Below are positions 36,728-49,090 of a stretch of 64,000 nucleotides of DNA, piece by piece. The notes under the pieces are model-generated. The model had not been told where the DNA came from. It worked only from the letters and a program-made list of their open reading frames with translations, and ran no database searches. The position numbers and the translations under genes were made by a program. The first letter of the stretch is position 1, and each line of letters starts with the position of its first letter. Source of the stretch: Neodothiora populina (Eukaryota); the NCBI RefSeq assembly GCF_041146345.1, contig NW_027191419.1:434001-498000 (forward strand). Reading direction: 5' to 3'.

Positions 36728-36996
36728 TGAAGTAGGTCTGTCAGTGGTGATGGAGGTGGTGCATTTCACTTGGATTGAAATCAGGTAGATGTCGATGAGT
36801 TCTTGCCTCTTCGGGGCACGCTTCGGGGCGTTTGGGGGGTATCTCATCATTCGAGCGTGATATCTAAGTTAGAGCTATATATATGTGACTATGTCTTTCT
36901 TCGTTTTTTTTTGGTTGCATATTCTAATCCACATATGTGCTTCCCTTTTTTTTGGGTTCGTTGAAGGGAAGTAGTAGGAGCAAACGCTCGACAACA

Positions 36997-38505
36997 TCAA
37001 GGAGCAGCAAAAACAAGCGAAACGCCATCGTCGCCAGCAGTGACGATAGCTCTACCACCGCCTCCCTGCACGAATCCCAGGACGCCACCGCCCTCGCCTC
37101 CTCCGCGATGACCCTTCCACTCGCCCGCGAGCCCCTGGTTCGCAGCCGCAGTGCCACCGCGCGCGTCCCATCGTCGAACAACGCCGTCGTTGCCACACGT
37201 CGTGAGCAGATGCGCCTTGTCGCCTCCGTGCACAAACTCGACTTTAATCACGGCTTCCTCCTCGTGGGCCTCCTTGATGTGTCGTCTGACGGCGAAGTTG
37301 TGCGCGGCGTCGAACATGGCGATGCTGCCGTCGACGCTGCCGGCGGCGAGATAAGCCAGCGGCGGCTGCGAGAAGGCCAGCGTCTCGATGCCGTCGGATT
37401 GCGCTTGCAGACTGGCTAGGATGACGCCTGCTTGGCCTGATGCCGCGCTCGAATGTCCGCCTTTGGGTCCGCCGGCCTGTTTGCCGCCTGCGGCTTTGTT
37501 GCGGGCGCCGCCGCCCTTGGCGCCCGATGTCACGGATGCTTGGGGGATGCTGAGACGTGGGAGACCGACGATTCGGATCTGGCCTTCTGCTCCGCCCACG
37601 GCGACGATGGCACCGCCTGGGGAAATGGCAACGCTGTAGAGTCCGCCGTCTACGAAGAAACGCTCGTCGGCTTCGGTCAGGCCCACGACGGCTTGGCCGC
37701 CTTGTGCGTTGGTCAGGCCGGCGGCGGCGGCGTCGCCGAATGCGTCCCAGACGTACAGACTGGCGTCCTCCGACACGGTCGCGAGCAGCTTGCCGTCGGG
37801 AGACCAGGTGCCGGCTGTGCATGCGCCTTGGTGTAGATAGAAGGCTTGCACGACATCCAGGGTGCCGTCCCGAGCGTTGATTGTGTAGACCCAGACACTG
37901 CCGTCGTTGGCGCCCAGGGCGAATGTGTTGGGGTGTTCCGGGTTGGGGCAAGGAGACAGCCAGTTGATCTCCTCGACTTCCTGTGCGCTTGCGGTGACGG
38001 GGACACTGGTGCCCTGAGGATGAGCCGGTGTCTTGTAGGCATTGACTCTGCCCTCCAGACCACCAGTGACGACAAACTCTCCGGCAGGTACGGTAAAGAT
38101 GATGGCGTTGATGGAATCGGTGTGGTTCTCGAGCTTCGCGACAGGCTCCAAGCTCTTTCGCTCGACGGGCTGCGGGTCGCTCTCGTACGAAGCTGGCAGA
38201 ACAGGCCCCTGCGGCGGCGTGGAGTCCCAGATGTATCCCACGTCGTCGCCGCCGCCGGTTGCGACAAGAGCGGGGTTGGTGGGGTGCTGCGCGATGCAGA
38301 AAATGCTGTCCTTGTGTGCATCAAAGTGTGCGACGCTGTCGTTCTGCAGCGCAAACTCCTCCAGGATGCCGTCGTCGTCGTCAAAGTCCATGGGCATGTC
38401 CTCGTCGTCGGGGATCTCCTCTCCAATCTCGTCGGGGTTCAGGTATTCATCGGCCTCCTCGTCCTGCATGTCGTCGCCCTCGTCGTGGGGCTGGTGTGCA
38501 GACAT
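36997..38505 (-). CDS. SQT1: WD40 ribosome assembly factor Sqt1 (uL16/Rpl10 chaperone; AAMP homologue)
   Basis: Acidic N-terminus, then NDSVAHFDAHKDSIFCIAQHP..VATGGGDD and several WD repeats, ending IVTAGDDGVSLVF. Confidence 0.88.
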   Translation of the reverse strand: MSAHQPHDEGDDMQDEEADEYLNPDEIGEEIPDDEDMPMDFDDDDGILEEFALQNDSVAHFDAHKDSIFCIAQHPTNPALVATGGGDDVGYIWDSTPPQGPVLPASYESDPQPVERKSLEPVAKLENHTDSINAIIFTVPAGEFVVTGGLEGRVNAYKTPAHPQGTSVPVTASAQEVEEINWLSPCPNPEHPNTFALGANDGSVWVYTINARDGTLDVVQAFYLHQGACTAGTWSPDGKLLATVSEDASLYVWDAFGDAAAAGLTNAQGGQAVVGLTEADERFFVDGGLYSVAISPGGAIVAVGGAEGQIRIVGLPRLSIPQASVTSGAKGGGARNKAAGGKQAGGPKGGHSSAASGQAGVILASLQAQSDGIETLAFSQPPLAYLAAGSVDGSIAMFDAAHNFAVRRHIKEAHEEEAVIKVEFVHGGDKAHLLTTCGNDGVVRRWDARGGTAAANQGLAGEWKGHRGGGEGGGVLGFVQGGGGRAIVTAGDDGVSLVFAAP

Positions 38506-39288
38506 TGTGGTTGCTGTGTAGGGTTCTATAGGATTGATTTCCTTTCAGCTCCCGGCAAGATAGTAGAGAATGCTCGGGATATATGACAAATGATTGTCGT
38601 GCTGGGAAAAAAAAGAATATTTCTGGAAAAGTGATTGGAAGCTGATAAATGTCCCATGTTTGTCTTGTTTGCGTCTGACGCCATCGTCGTTTCTGACAGT
38701 TACTGTATAACTAGTTGATTTCTCGAAAAGGGCTGTACGACAGTGTCTTCGAGACGCCCGCTGTATATGGTAATCACGCTTACAAATGCTACTGTACTTG
38801 TACCAACCATGCACAAACTCAGTTTGCATCAAGATCTCGCAGCGTTCCCAACACTCTGCGAGAGGACGGACGAGTGACTTGTGGTCGACGTTGATAATAA
38901 CCATGTAGACGAGGACTATTCGAGGCTCGCAGGAATAGGCAAGAGCCACTCATTTTACGCTTCAAAAGTATCATAAGTAGGCATGCTGTGAGCGCGTTGT
39001 AGTCGTAACTGACCGTCGCTCCCCTTTCGTGCGGGACCGGGTGACCGCAACCCATAAGAACTAAGATGCAACGCCGTGCCAATGCTAGAGTAGGTCATCA
39101 ATGCCACAGACTCTCAAACCCGTTCCAAACCAGTCGCAAAGACCAACATCCCTGATATAATGTGGATGCTCCGTGTTGTGTTATACAATAATCGCACTCT
39201 GATCGAGGCCCCTCGATACACTCACAAGTGCCTGCCAAATGGAGATTCGGCCCATATGCAAGCATGCCCTCCAGGTAATGAGGAGAGC

Positions 39289-41950
39289 TCAATCGTCGTC
39301 CACGTCATCATCCTCGGAGTCATCGAGTGACTCCATTGCTTCCTTGATATACTGGGCAGCCTGTGCACGTCAAGTCAGCAAGATTCCACATCCGATGTTT
39401 CATCAATACAACATACCTTCGGGTCAAGGTTCAGAGCCGTGGTGTAGGCTCTGACACTGGCCGCGCGATTGCCCAGTCCCTTATAGCACTTGCCCAATAG
39501 GAACCAGACGTTCGCTTCCTCGGCTGCCAGGTTCTTCAGCGCTTCTAGCTGCACCAACGCGTCTTCGTAGAGCCTCAAGTTCAGAAGCACTCTTGCCTTC
39601 TTGAAATGCGCGAGCGAAGAGTCAGGTGCCAGGGTCAAGGCATGCGTGTATTGTGTGAGGGCTGCTTTGGGATGGCGAAGCTTTTCAAGAATCTGATGGT
39701 GACCGTCAGCAATCGAAGCTTTCTGCTCAATGGAGAGTGTGACTTACCACGCCAATACAAACAGCCAATACAGAATTGCTCGGGTTGATCGAGGCAGCAA
39801 TCCTGTAGTGTCGCTCTGCATCCTCCCACTTGCCCATCCTCTCGTAGCATTTACCAAGACCATACCATGCACCGTACGCTCGTCTCTCGCTGCCGATACC
39901 TTTGCGGAAGGAAGACAGAGCCTCATCGAATTCCTCATTCGTCAGCAACTCATGACCCATGAGCGTCCAGGCATAGCTGAATCCCGAATCGACCTGCGTC
40001 GCCCGCTTGAAGCAGGCGATGGCTTGTTCGTGCTCCCTGTTGAGTGAGAAAGCATTGCCCACAGCACACCACGTCTGCGGCGCATCAAAGTCTACGTCTT
40101 TCAGTGTATGCGCGAGGAAAGCAAGCTGAATGGGCTTCTTGAGCTGCCACAGGACATTCGAGTATACTTCGGCGTCCTCCAGGCGTGTGGGTTGTAGTTT
40201 CATCATCCGGGCGAAACATGACTCGGCCGCAGCATAGTCCGCCGCTTCGTAGTATGCTTTTCCGAGCTGAGCCAACACCCACGGCGTCTCACGCTGGGCG
40301 ACAGGTAGACTCTTGAAAGTCTCGACCGCTGTCGGCACTTCATATCGGCTGAGCGCATAATACGCACCACCTAATGACCGCAATATCGTCAACAACGCAT
40401 CATAAGCTGCGATCTCCTGCATATTCATGGCATCCGCAGATTGCTTCGGCGCAAGGACCGCAGGCGCGGCGCTGTTACGACTGGGGGCACGAGACTCCTT
40501 CTCGTTCGGGTTTGGAGGAATGATTTTACGATTGCCACTAACAACGCGACCGACAGTAGATGTGCCTCTACCCTTGGCACCGGTCGCTCTTGCCTTTTTC
40601 GCTTCGTCTCTTTTGTTGTTGTTCAGTGTTGACGGTGCCTCCGTCGTGGATCGAGTAGCGTTGGTCTTGGAACCTGTGATCTGGCTGAACAGGCGATTAC
40701 TTCTGCGTGGTTGCGAGGTGGTCGGATCCGGTTCCGAGGTGATGGTGGACTGCGATGCATGTCCGGATATTGTTCTCTTATGATTGGTCTGTGTGCGCTT
40801 CCCAGGACCTTCATCGTTGTCTGTACTTTCTGACCGCAGATGACTTCTGAGCTGTGTTGTCCGCGCTCGAGGTGCGTCCTTGGAAGCATCCAGGCCCAGC
40901 CTTTGCAGCGTCGACCGAGCCGTTCGTCGCTGAGGCGCAGTTGGAGCCTCTTCTTGCGCCGGCGCATGAGCAGCCTGTCCACCATCCATGTCAATATCAT
41001 CGTCTTCGGCAGCTGGACCGTTCGCTGTTGAGGTCTCCCATGTCAGGTTAGTGGCCTTGAGACCATTTCCGAACAGAGCTTTGCTTTTGATGCGTGGCAG
41101 AAGAAAACTAGTTGGGTGTAATGAATCGCCGTCGTGTTTCGCAGTCGTGCCGAACGGATCATTGCTTGGGGTCAGCACGCCTGCTTGAGCAGTGCTCGCT
41201 TGCACGAACTGCTCATTAGCTCTCGCTGCGTCTACAACAGAGACATTGGGTGCTCCGTAGATGCTGTTTTTCATGTCGGGCGAGAGCCTGAAGGATTTGC
41301 TTATGTCCATGTCGGCACCTGTGATAGCGTCAGTAAACTGATCGATGTCGTGCAAAGGGCAGGCGGCGAAGGTATACCGATGTCACAGAGCGCCTGGAAG
41401 GCCTCCCATGCAAAAGGACTGGCTCTGTGTGCTTCTATATAACAATCACCAGCACGTCTGGCGTCGCCGTGACCGCGCCACAAGTGTCCTAGTAGATTAT
41501 TCACCGCAGCAGCATCTGGAATATGCCGTCTCGAGGGTTCACTGTTCTTGGCTGCGGTTGGGTTTCAGTCAGCGGGAGGAAGTAGATAGCAAAAATAGAA
41601 CGGAAACACCAACCCCAGTAGTTGCGACCGATCCACAAGGGACGAGACTTTTCCAGAGCGCAGATTCCCTCGGTGTGTCTGCCGAGATCGTGACAGGCCA
41701 GAGCAAAAACATAAGCGCATCCAAGATGTCTGCCATTTGCGCCATGCTTGTGCGCGAAATCAAAAGCGGCCTTTGAGCGGCGTAGTCTGTGATAGGTGAG
41801 TGCCAAAAGATGGCTTGTGTCCGGATTCCGCGGTTCCATGGCGTGCAGACGGCCAGCTATGAAGTTCGCATTCTCGAGTGCCTCGTTGTCCAGATGGTAG
41901 TATACAAGCTGCTGCAATTGAGACACAGCGAAAGTCGATGTCGGCGACAT
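39289..41950 (-). CDS. CDC27: Anaphase-promoting complex subunit 3 (Cdc27/BimA/Nuc2), TPR protein
   Basis: N-terminus QLQQLVYYHLDNEALENANFIAGRLHA; disordered linker; TPRs ETPWVLAQLGKAYYE, EVYSNVLWQLK, PQTWCAVGNAFSLNREHEQAIACFKRATQ, YAWTLMGHE, YGAWYGLG. Four GT-AG introns near 41540-41600, 41320-41377, 39693-39747 and 39361-39416. Confidence 0.93.
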
Positions 41951-43965
41951 GACGAAGGTTGTGAATGGTAATGGATATTACCAATATCAAGAGATGGTAC
42001 AGATGAAGCAGAATCTCAATGTGGTATGCTGCTGTGTCGAGACAGGATACATGGACGAGCGCAAGGCGAGCCTGAGGGCTTGTCGACCCAAGTCAGAGCG
42101 CACGATTAAGCAAAGCAAAGTGAAGTGTACGGTGGAGTGAGCAGTCTCCTCTCAGATTTGATTCAATTGCTTGCAGTCGCAGCGGTTCCTTCCCGCAGAG
42201 AGGACCCAGAATGTCCCTTCCTGGCTGTCTGATCTTCCTCGCTCTTCACTTCGAAGTGGGCACATGGGCCATGCGCGTGGGTCAACAGTACCGGGCGGAG
42301 GTGAGTTCCAAGTCTAGTTATAAGTGATGGATGATGTTGATTAATGTCGTGGGTGAGGGTCGACAGATAGTCCTAAACGACCGACTCTAACAATTGTCCC
42401 AAAGCCGAATACAATGCGCCACGAGCACAGTGACGTCGAGGAATCAGGTGCACAGGTCTTCCTTGTAGTGTTGTTCTGGGCTTTCACAGGTGAATCCGTG
42501 CTAGCCAAGCTCTTGGTAGGATTTCGTTTTGAAAGGTAAATAATACCTGGGTGAAGAGTGAATGTCGTGGTTGACATGACCACAATCCACGACCATAACA
42601 AAGGAAAGGCGGCGGCAACGCGAGCTCGGACCACTGATTGTCCGTTTTAGGAGCAGCTTCACCCTCACTCTCACCTGGGAATAACTTTGTACAAGTGCTT
42701 TTGTGTTTAACGCGCATGCTGATGTGCATAATTGCGACATAATAACTTGATCCGAGCTTCTGCCCTACTGTACGGAAACCGACCCCCACGTTTTCGATCT
42801 CGGACTGGGCATCTACTTGTACTTACCTACCTTTACCTAAGATCAGGGCACCAAATTAAGGCACTGTACGAGGTGTGCTTTAATTATTCGAGATGCAGCT
42901 ACTCGACTTATGCATAGAGGATACGACAATGTACCTCGATACGAGGCATACATCAGACATCGGAGATATTGCAATTTGTGAAAATGTACCAGTGGCAGTA
43001 GCTTTGTTCTAGAAAGCCCAAAGTCCGAGCAGTGTGACACCACTATCGATTCAGGCAACGGATCCAGGCCGAAGTATGCTGGCGAGAACTGCGGCGATGA
43101 AGACCTTACCGAAGAGATGTTGCATTCATCAATGTCGTTGTCGGTTGGTATGATATCATGGTCCACGTCTGTCGCGGTATCTTTTACGAAGAAGATCTAG
43201 GGCGAAGCGTATGTAGTAGGAGATGCAGGCTCGAGACAACGATGTGGTTTAGAAGCAACAAAAGGTAAAGTAAGGTAGGACATGGTTCACCTCCCAGCAA
43301 TGGGTATTTGCAGACGATCGAGCAGCCAAGATACAAGTACAGTACAGGGTCTATGAGGTGTCTACCAAACTGTTTCAGCGGGCGCCCGCATTATTCTTCG
43401 TCGGAGATGATCCGAGCTTGTTCGGTGTCGTCCTGTCGTCCCCCTCCAGGACGTTCGGCAATGACTTGAGTTCCAGGTGGGAATCGCTGCTGCATCGCCT
43501 TTACTTGTACAAATCTCAAAGGTAAACAACTCGACTTTTCCACCGAGACGGTGCTGTTTCTTTTCTGAGGTCAACGTCATTGCTCAATATTTATTTCTCT
43601 TTCCATTCAAACAACCGCTCCTGCTCCTGCTCCTTATACTTTTATACCAATACAGTAAAGTAGATTTGATCTCTCAAACACGTGCACAGCCAGCGCATCC
43701 TCTGGGACAGGCTTTTGTCTGGCTGCAGCTACAGTACCTTCCTTGATCATCTCTCTTGTCGTTACTTCAGCTTGACTTCAGTCGCACGCCTTTGTTGTCA
43801 CTGAACAGAATCTTGTTACTTCTTGCTTGTATCCGCTCCGTTGGGTCGTTCATTTGCCGCAGCTCGCATCCTCCACCTTCCTTCGCTCCCAGACGCCCTT
43901 GTTCCGATTTTGTTACATTATACCCCATAACGTTATATCACATCTGCATACCCGCACCTGCCATA

Positions 43966-45108
43966 ATGAGTGCTTCAGGATACGACTCTCCCGCGAGGAA
44001 CGGCATTGGTTTGTGTCTGCAACCTATCATACAGACAACAATTACTCACAGGACACAGAAACGAGCAAAGCAGTGCCGCTTACCTGTCACGGCCACTCGA
44101 GACCAATCACTCACATCTCCTTCTCTTCGCTCCAGAACCCCTCTTCGGCCTCGACGAACCCTCAATATTACCTCATCTCCGCCTGCAAGGACAACAACCC
44201 TATGCTCCGTGATGGTTTGACCGGCGATTGGATAGGCACTTTCATCGGCCACAAGGGCGCGGTCTGGTCAGCTCGCTTGAGCGCCTGCGCCTCGCTCGCA
44301 GCGACAGGTTCAGCCGACTTCAGCGCAAAAGTCTGGGACACGTTTACCGGCGAGCAGTTCCACTCGCTCTCTCACAACCACATTGTCCGTGCCGTCGCAT
44401 TCCCCGGAGGCCAAGAGAAGCCCAATGTGCTGGCGACCGGCGGCATGGAGAAGAAGTTGCGCGTGTGGGACTTGACTCGTGCAGGCACAGCCGACGACGA
44501 TTCCTGGGAAATAGGTCAGGGCGATCACGGCGCGAGCATCAAGAGCATCGTCTGGTCTCATTCGGACAACAACATCCTGACGACCGCCTGCGACGACAGG
44601 AAGATCAGATGGTACGACTTGCGCACAAGATCTGCCATCGCTTCGTACGATGTAGAGGGTCAGATAGGGTCCTGCGAGCTCACCACCGACGGCATTGACG
44701 GCGCCCCAGAAGGCACCATAAGCGTCGCCGCCGGCAAGAACCTCTACTTCTTCCACGGGGGCCACCCGGGCATGTTGCTCGACCACAAGAAGACGGAGCA
44801 GGAAATGTCGTGTGTCGCACTATGTGGCAGTCAGAGGAGATATGTCACGGGAAGCTCGGCCGATACCTTCGTCCGGGTGTGGGATCTCGACACGGCAACA
44901 GAACTCGGTAAGAGCAGCAAACATCCTGTCGTGTACCTCTTGAATCAGGAACTAATTTCACTATCACACAGATGTGCGAAAAGGACACCACGGTCCTGTA
45001 TGGACGACCGCCTTCTCACCCGACGGCAAGCTGCACGCGACCGGTAGCGAGGACGGCACGATCAAGTTATGGAAAGCCACCGCTCAGCCATACGGACTTT
45101 GGCGATGA
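43966..45108 (+). CDS. Serine-threonine kinase receptor-associated protein (STRAP/unrip)-like WD40 protein
   Basis: AVPLTCHGHSRPITH..ISACKDNNPMLRDGLTGDWIGTFIGHKGAVW..ATGSADFSAKVWD..GHHGPVW..ATGSEDGTIKLW. Introns 44009-44058 and 44908-44971. Confidence 0.9.
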
Positions 45109-45841
45109 ACCCCATAGTGATTTCCCAATATAAAGACACAAGAAAACACCAACACTCACAGAGGTGAGCTAAACTCGCCAGAGTCCGCATCGGGCCTTTT
45201 ACATGCATCAGCACTCGCAATCATCGCGGAAAAGAAGGCACATTGGCATGGGTGCGAGCAACAAGATCACATCACAGGTTCCCATAACGAACAAGCAGGG
45301 AAGGGACTAACAGCGAGGGCAAGGCCGTCAACGGATGGTGTTCGTCAGATCAAACTTGGGGCAAGGCGGGCATCTCTCACATTTGCATTCTCATGTTAAA
45401 GAAAAGTCCTGGCTTTTCTTTCCTGTCATACCGCTGCATAACAAATCCCCACACTCCAAAGCACCGAAAAAACATCCTGTTTTGTGTCTCTTGAGATTCG
45501 TCTTGCGGGTATGTATACTCGGCAAACAAAACTTCGGATTTGATTGAGACCGCGAAGGAGAAGAAGAAATCGAATTCAAATGATACCCTCATATTTCGTT
45601 ATTTATTCTGTGCCTCCACGAGTGGAGTGGAGTACAACGTTGGGCTGCATCAGACAGACATCCGACAAGTAAGGTAGTACACATTGCTGTCTCTCGTCTT
45701 CTTCTTCTTTTTAAACTCGCAATGTATTTTCATGAGCCTTTTGTATTTGTATTTCAGACATGAATATATATCCTCGAGCATAATCGACAATAACAACCCG
45801 AGAAAGTGTGTCGTCTCTTTTCTCAAAGGAAAGAGAATCGC

Positions 45842-47381
45842 TTACTCAACCATGAGGTCGATGTCGTCGTCCATGGCAGAAGTGGTTCCCGCAGCAGGGT
45901 TCTGTGTCTGCGGAGCCGTGGAGATCTGATCGTCTCTTCCTTCGGCCGCTTGACCATCCTCAGCACCTGCGCCGGCGGTGTTGGTCCAGTAGCTGTCCAT
46001 CTCGGCATCGAGTTCTTCGGCCGTCTTCCTCACTCTTCCCTGGGCGGCGGGTCTTCCCTCTGTGTTCTGCGCGCCTCCGGCTCCCCCTCTGCCGCCTCCT
46101 CGTTTGGGTCTTTCCTCACGTCTTGCGCCTGGCGCACGTCCGAATTCGCGGCCACCGCGTCGGCGGGGAGAGCGTGATCCACGGCCGCGTGCACCGGGGA
46201 CATATCGATCCACGTTCTCGGGCGCGCGTCTGGGGCTGGCGCTGCGGCCTCTTCTTCGACCGCCTCCTCCACGTCGCTCGTCACCCTCTATGCGGTCGAA
46301 CAGGCTTCGGGTGGGTCTTTCGGCGGTGTCGAAGGGGTTTCTGCTGGGCTTGGTCGATGACCCATTCTGTAGAGACAGACGGAGAGGTTGGCCCATGGCA
46401 TTGGCGCCGTCGAACTCGCGCATTGCGTCACGCGCATCCTCGGGGTGCACATAGGTGATGAATGCGATTCCTTGCGAGCGATCTGCACGATCATATAGTA
46501 ATCTTATGTTTTGCACTCGGCCAATGCGGCTGAATAGACCCTGTATGAATGTCAGGAATATGCTTTTTGGCCATATGAATATTGCGAGCATACATTGAGA
46601 TCATTTTCGGTGAGGTCGTAGTGCAAATTGTCAGCTCTGATGACCTTGGGTGCAACACTGATGGAGTCAGTCATGGTCGTTCAGAGAATAAAGTCTCGAT
46701 GTGGGGAACATACTCCTCCCTCGACTGTTCAGGGCTGTGGCGCGAATATCGATCGTTCCTTGGTCTCCTTGCTGGGCGTCCAGCTGCACACGTGTAAGCA
46801 TATATGAAATATGGTCTGCACTTCAGAAGGTTACTGACCATCTTCGTCTTCGTACTTATCGTGGACCCAGTCGCTAGGAGTTGTGTGAGCTGATGTGACC
46901 ATCTTAGTTGGAAGATGACATGTGCTTACCGATCAATGTCTCTGCCGTTATCTCGGTATGACTGAGGAGGTTGTTGGTCAGCTTCATGTCTTCTGCGGCT
47001 TGCCTTGAATTCTCGAATATCATGGATCCCAAAGCTGTTGGTGATGCGAATAGATTGCTGTCGGCCGATCAAGAACACAAGGAGGAGGGAGAAAGAACCT
47101 GGTAAAGTGGCAGACATGTCAGCAGTGATGCACATTAATACTACATAATTGTATAGCATACCTTTCTGACGCCATCTCTGGGAAAATCGTCACGGCGAGG
47201 AGCACGAGCAGCATCCATTCGAGGCGCTGCGCTGTGGTTGTCGCCTCTGGGCCGTCTACCGCGTCCGCGAGGTGCCTGTTGATAGATCAGCCATGGGTGT
47301 CATCAGATGCGCGCCTCCAAGGTATGCGCCAAGAGGACATACATCGCGGGAGTTGATAATCTCGTCAAGGCTGCGATCCAT
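45842..47381 (-). CDS. ALY/REF (Yra1/THOC4)-family mRNA export adaptor, RRM protein
   Basis: Seven exons. N-terminal box MDRSLDEIINSR, WVHDKY (WxHD) motif, RRM (DNLHYDLTENDL|GLFSRIG..YDRADRSQGIAFITY..FDGANAMGQ), RG-rich region, C-terminal box KTAEELDAEMDSYW. Confidence 0.85.
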
Positions 47382-48602
47382 TGTTGCGATTTGGTGGTTG
47401 TAGAGAGGGTGGCTGTTACTATGGCTGATTTGGTTGTCTTGCACTTCTACAATGCTGCGAGGTCCTCGAGACGACAGATGTCGACTAAGTAAGAAGACCG
47501 GGATTGGCGCTGTTGGGATCCGGGACTGTGAACACAGACGTTGTATCCTTTGAAATTGTAGTGAAATAAGTGGTTTGTAGAAATGCCTTCGTCTGCACGT
47601 CCAAGGAGTTCAAGATCGAGGTACAAAGTAGTCAAACAATAATGCTGCTTTACGCTAAAATGACTACCTTGCTGCAAGTGCTTTCTGCTCCACGCTTCCC
47701 ACTTGCAGTACAGACGGCGCCGCAGCACAATACTGTCCCTTAGGTAATGATCTTAGCATAAAGCTAGCGCATAGCCTGATCTCTGCCGCTGCGCCATGAT
47801 GTTCTGCTGTGTACAAACATTGCACATGCTCCACTCCATCGTCTCCCGTCTGTGCTCTACTTTGTACAGAACAGGTAGGGCTGGACGCTCTACCTTGCCT
47901 TAGTTTCCACATGCAGGTGCAGGTGCTCGCACGTGTAGCCTGTAAGAGTCCCCTCCGCCGGAAACTTTAGTACGGCGCTGATCGTGCTACTACAAGGACC
48001 ACGGTACTATCGACGGATGGAGATGCAGTCGGAAGAATCGAAGATACTCCGTAGAGAGAAAACACCTTACTTCAAGCAAGTAATAGACAAAGCTCATGGC
48101 AGCAAAGGCTCGTCGCAAGAGGTTTGCAGCACAGGCTGAGAAGCCGCATCTGCCCAGGTTTAGCTTCAGCCGACTCCGTCTCTAATACTTCTTATCCGAC
48201 CTTGACCTCGGAGATTCGGTTCGTACGAACGCTGTTTCCATCATCCGTACTTCTGGTCATTTTGATATCTCCATGGGATTTTCCTCGCACAGTAAACAAT
48301 CACCATGCACCAACTTCTCTAGGTGTGGTGTGCGAAGCTATTCCATGGTCAGAGGGGAACTTGTACCGATGTAGTTTCGTAATCTGCAAGAAAGCAGGGC
48401 ATGTGTTCTTGCGAAACTACGTCACACTGCCAGCTTCTGATGATTGCTCTGGCATTGTGCAACATGCATTTAAGATGAGATCGTCAAATACAAAAGAGCA
48501 CTCTGCCCCTCGCTAGGACAATAGCAAACCATCGCAGTGAACGTGAGTCTAGGTTCCAACAGCAAAATCAGGGCTTTCAAGCAAGAAGAATAAACCGGAA
48601 TC

Positions 48603-49090
48603 ATGTCCAAATCCAGTGACTTCCCCGTCGTCTTCACCATTGGAGGCTCGTCTCGCCACGAAATTGTCTTCATTAACCCAGGTTTCACCATCGATGATAT
48701 CAGCAAGAAAGTAGAAGGTCTTGCTTCAACCTCTGTCAACTGCCAAGAACCTCTTGCAAAGTACAAGAAGAAGGGAGAGCCCGAGAAGGTCTCCTCAATC
48801 AAGGTACAGCCACTTTCTCCCATGCAATTGCTCAGGATTGTAGCTTAGCTAGCAACTGTAGGTCCGGTGGGCCACCGAGGGTCGCGACACCAGACTCTAC
48901 CCCAAGCATACCGTCCTGTAAGTTGCACGAACATCAAGTATTCACAATCGCTCCGTGGTCTAATTCGCTTAGGACTGAGGACAACTGCGAGGCCGTCCTT
49001 ACCCTTGTGGGCCAAAGTGGGGGAAAAGATGTCCTAGACGTCGATATGCAAGGTGCTCCCCCCACCGAAGAAGAAGCCGGCGAGAAGTAG
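48603..49090 (+). CDS. Small uncharacterised protein (124 aa, 3 exons)
   Basis: Exons 48603-48803, 48862-48917 and 48973-49090 splice in frame through GT-AG introns to MSKSSDFPVVFTIGGSSRHEIVFINPG...IKVRWATEGRDTRLYPKHTVLTEDNCEAVLTLVGQSGGKDVLDVDMQG...EK*. Confidence 0.75.

Noticed and set aside
37151..38586. Many overlapping ORFs of up to about 250 aa across SQT1
   Set aside because: Expected from GC-rich codon bias; the Arg/Pro-rich translations are off-frame artefacts.
44041..44058. Tandem acceptors 7 nt apart in STRAP-like intron 1
   Set aside because: The first CAG overlaps the likely branch point (TACTCAC), so it is probably unusable. Only the second preserves the frame.
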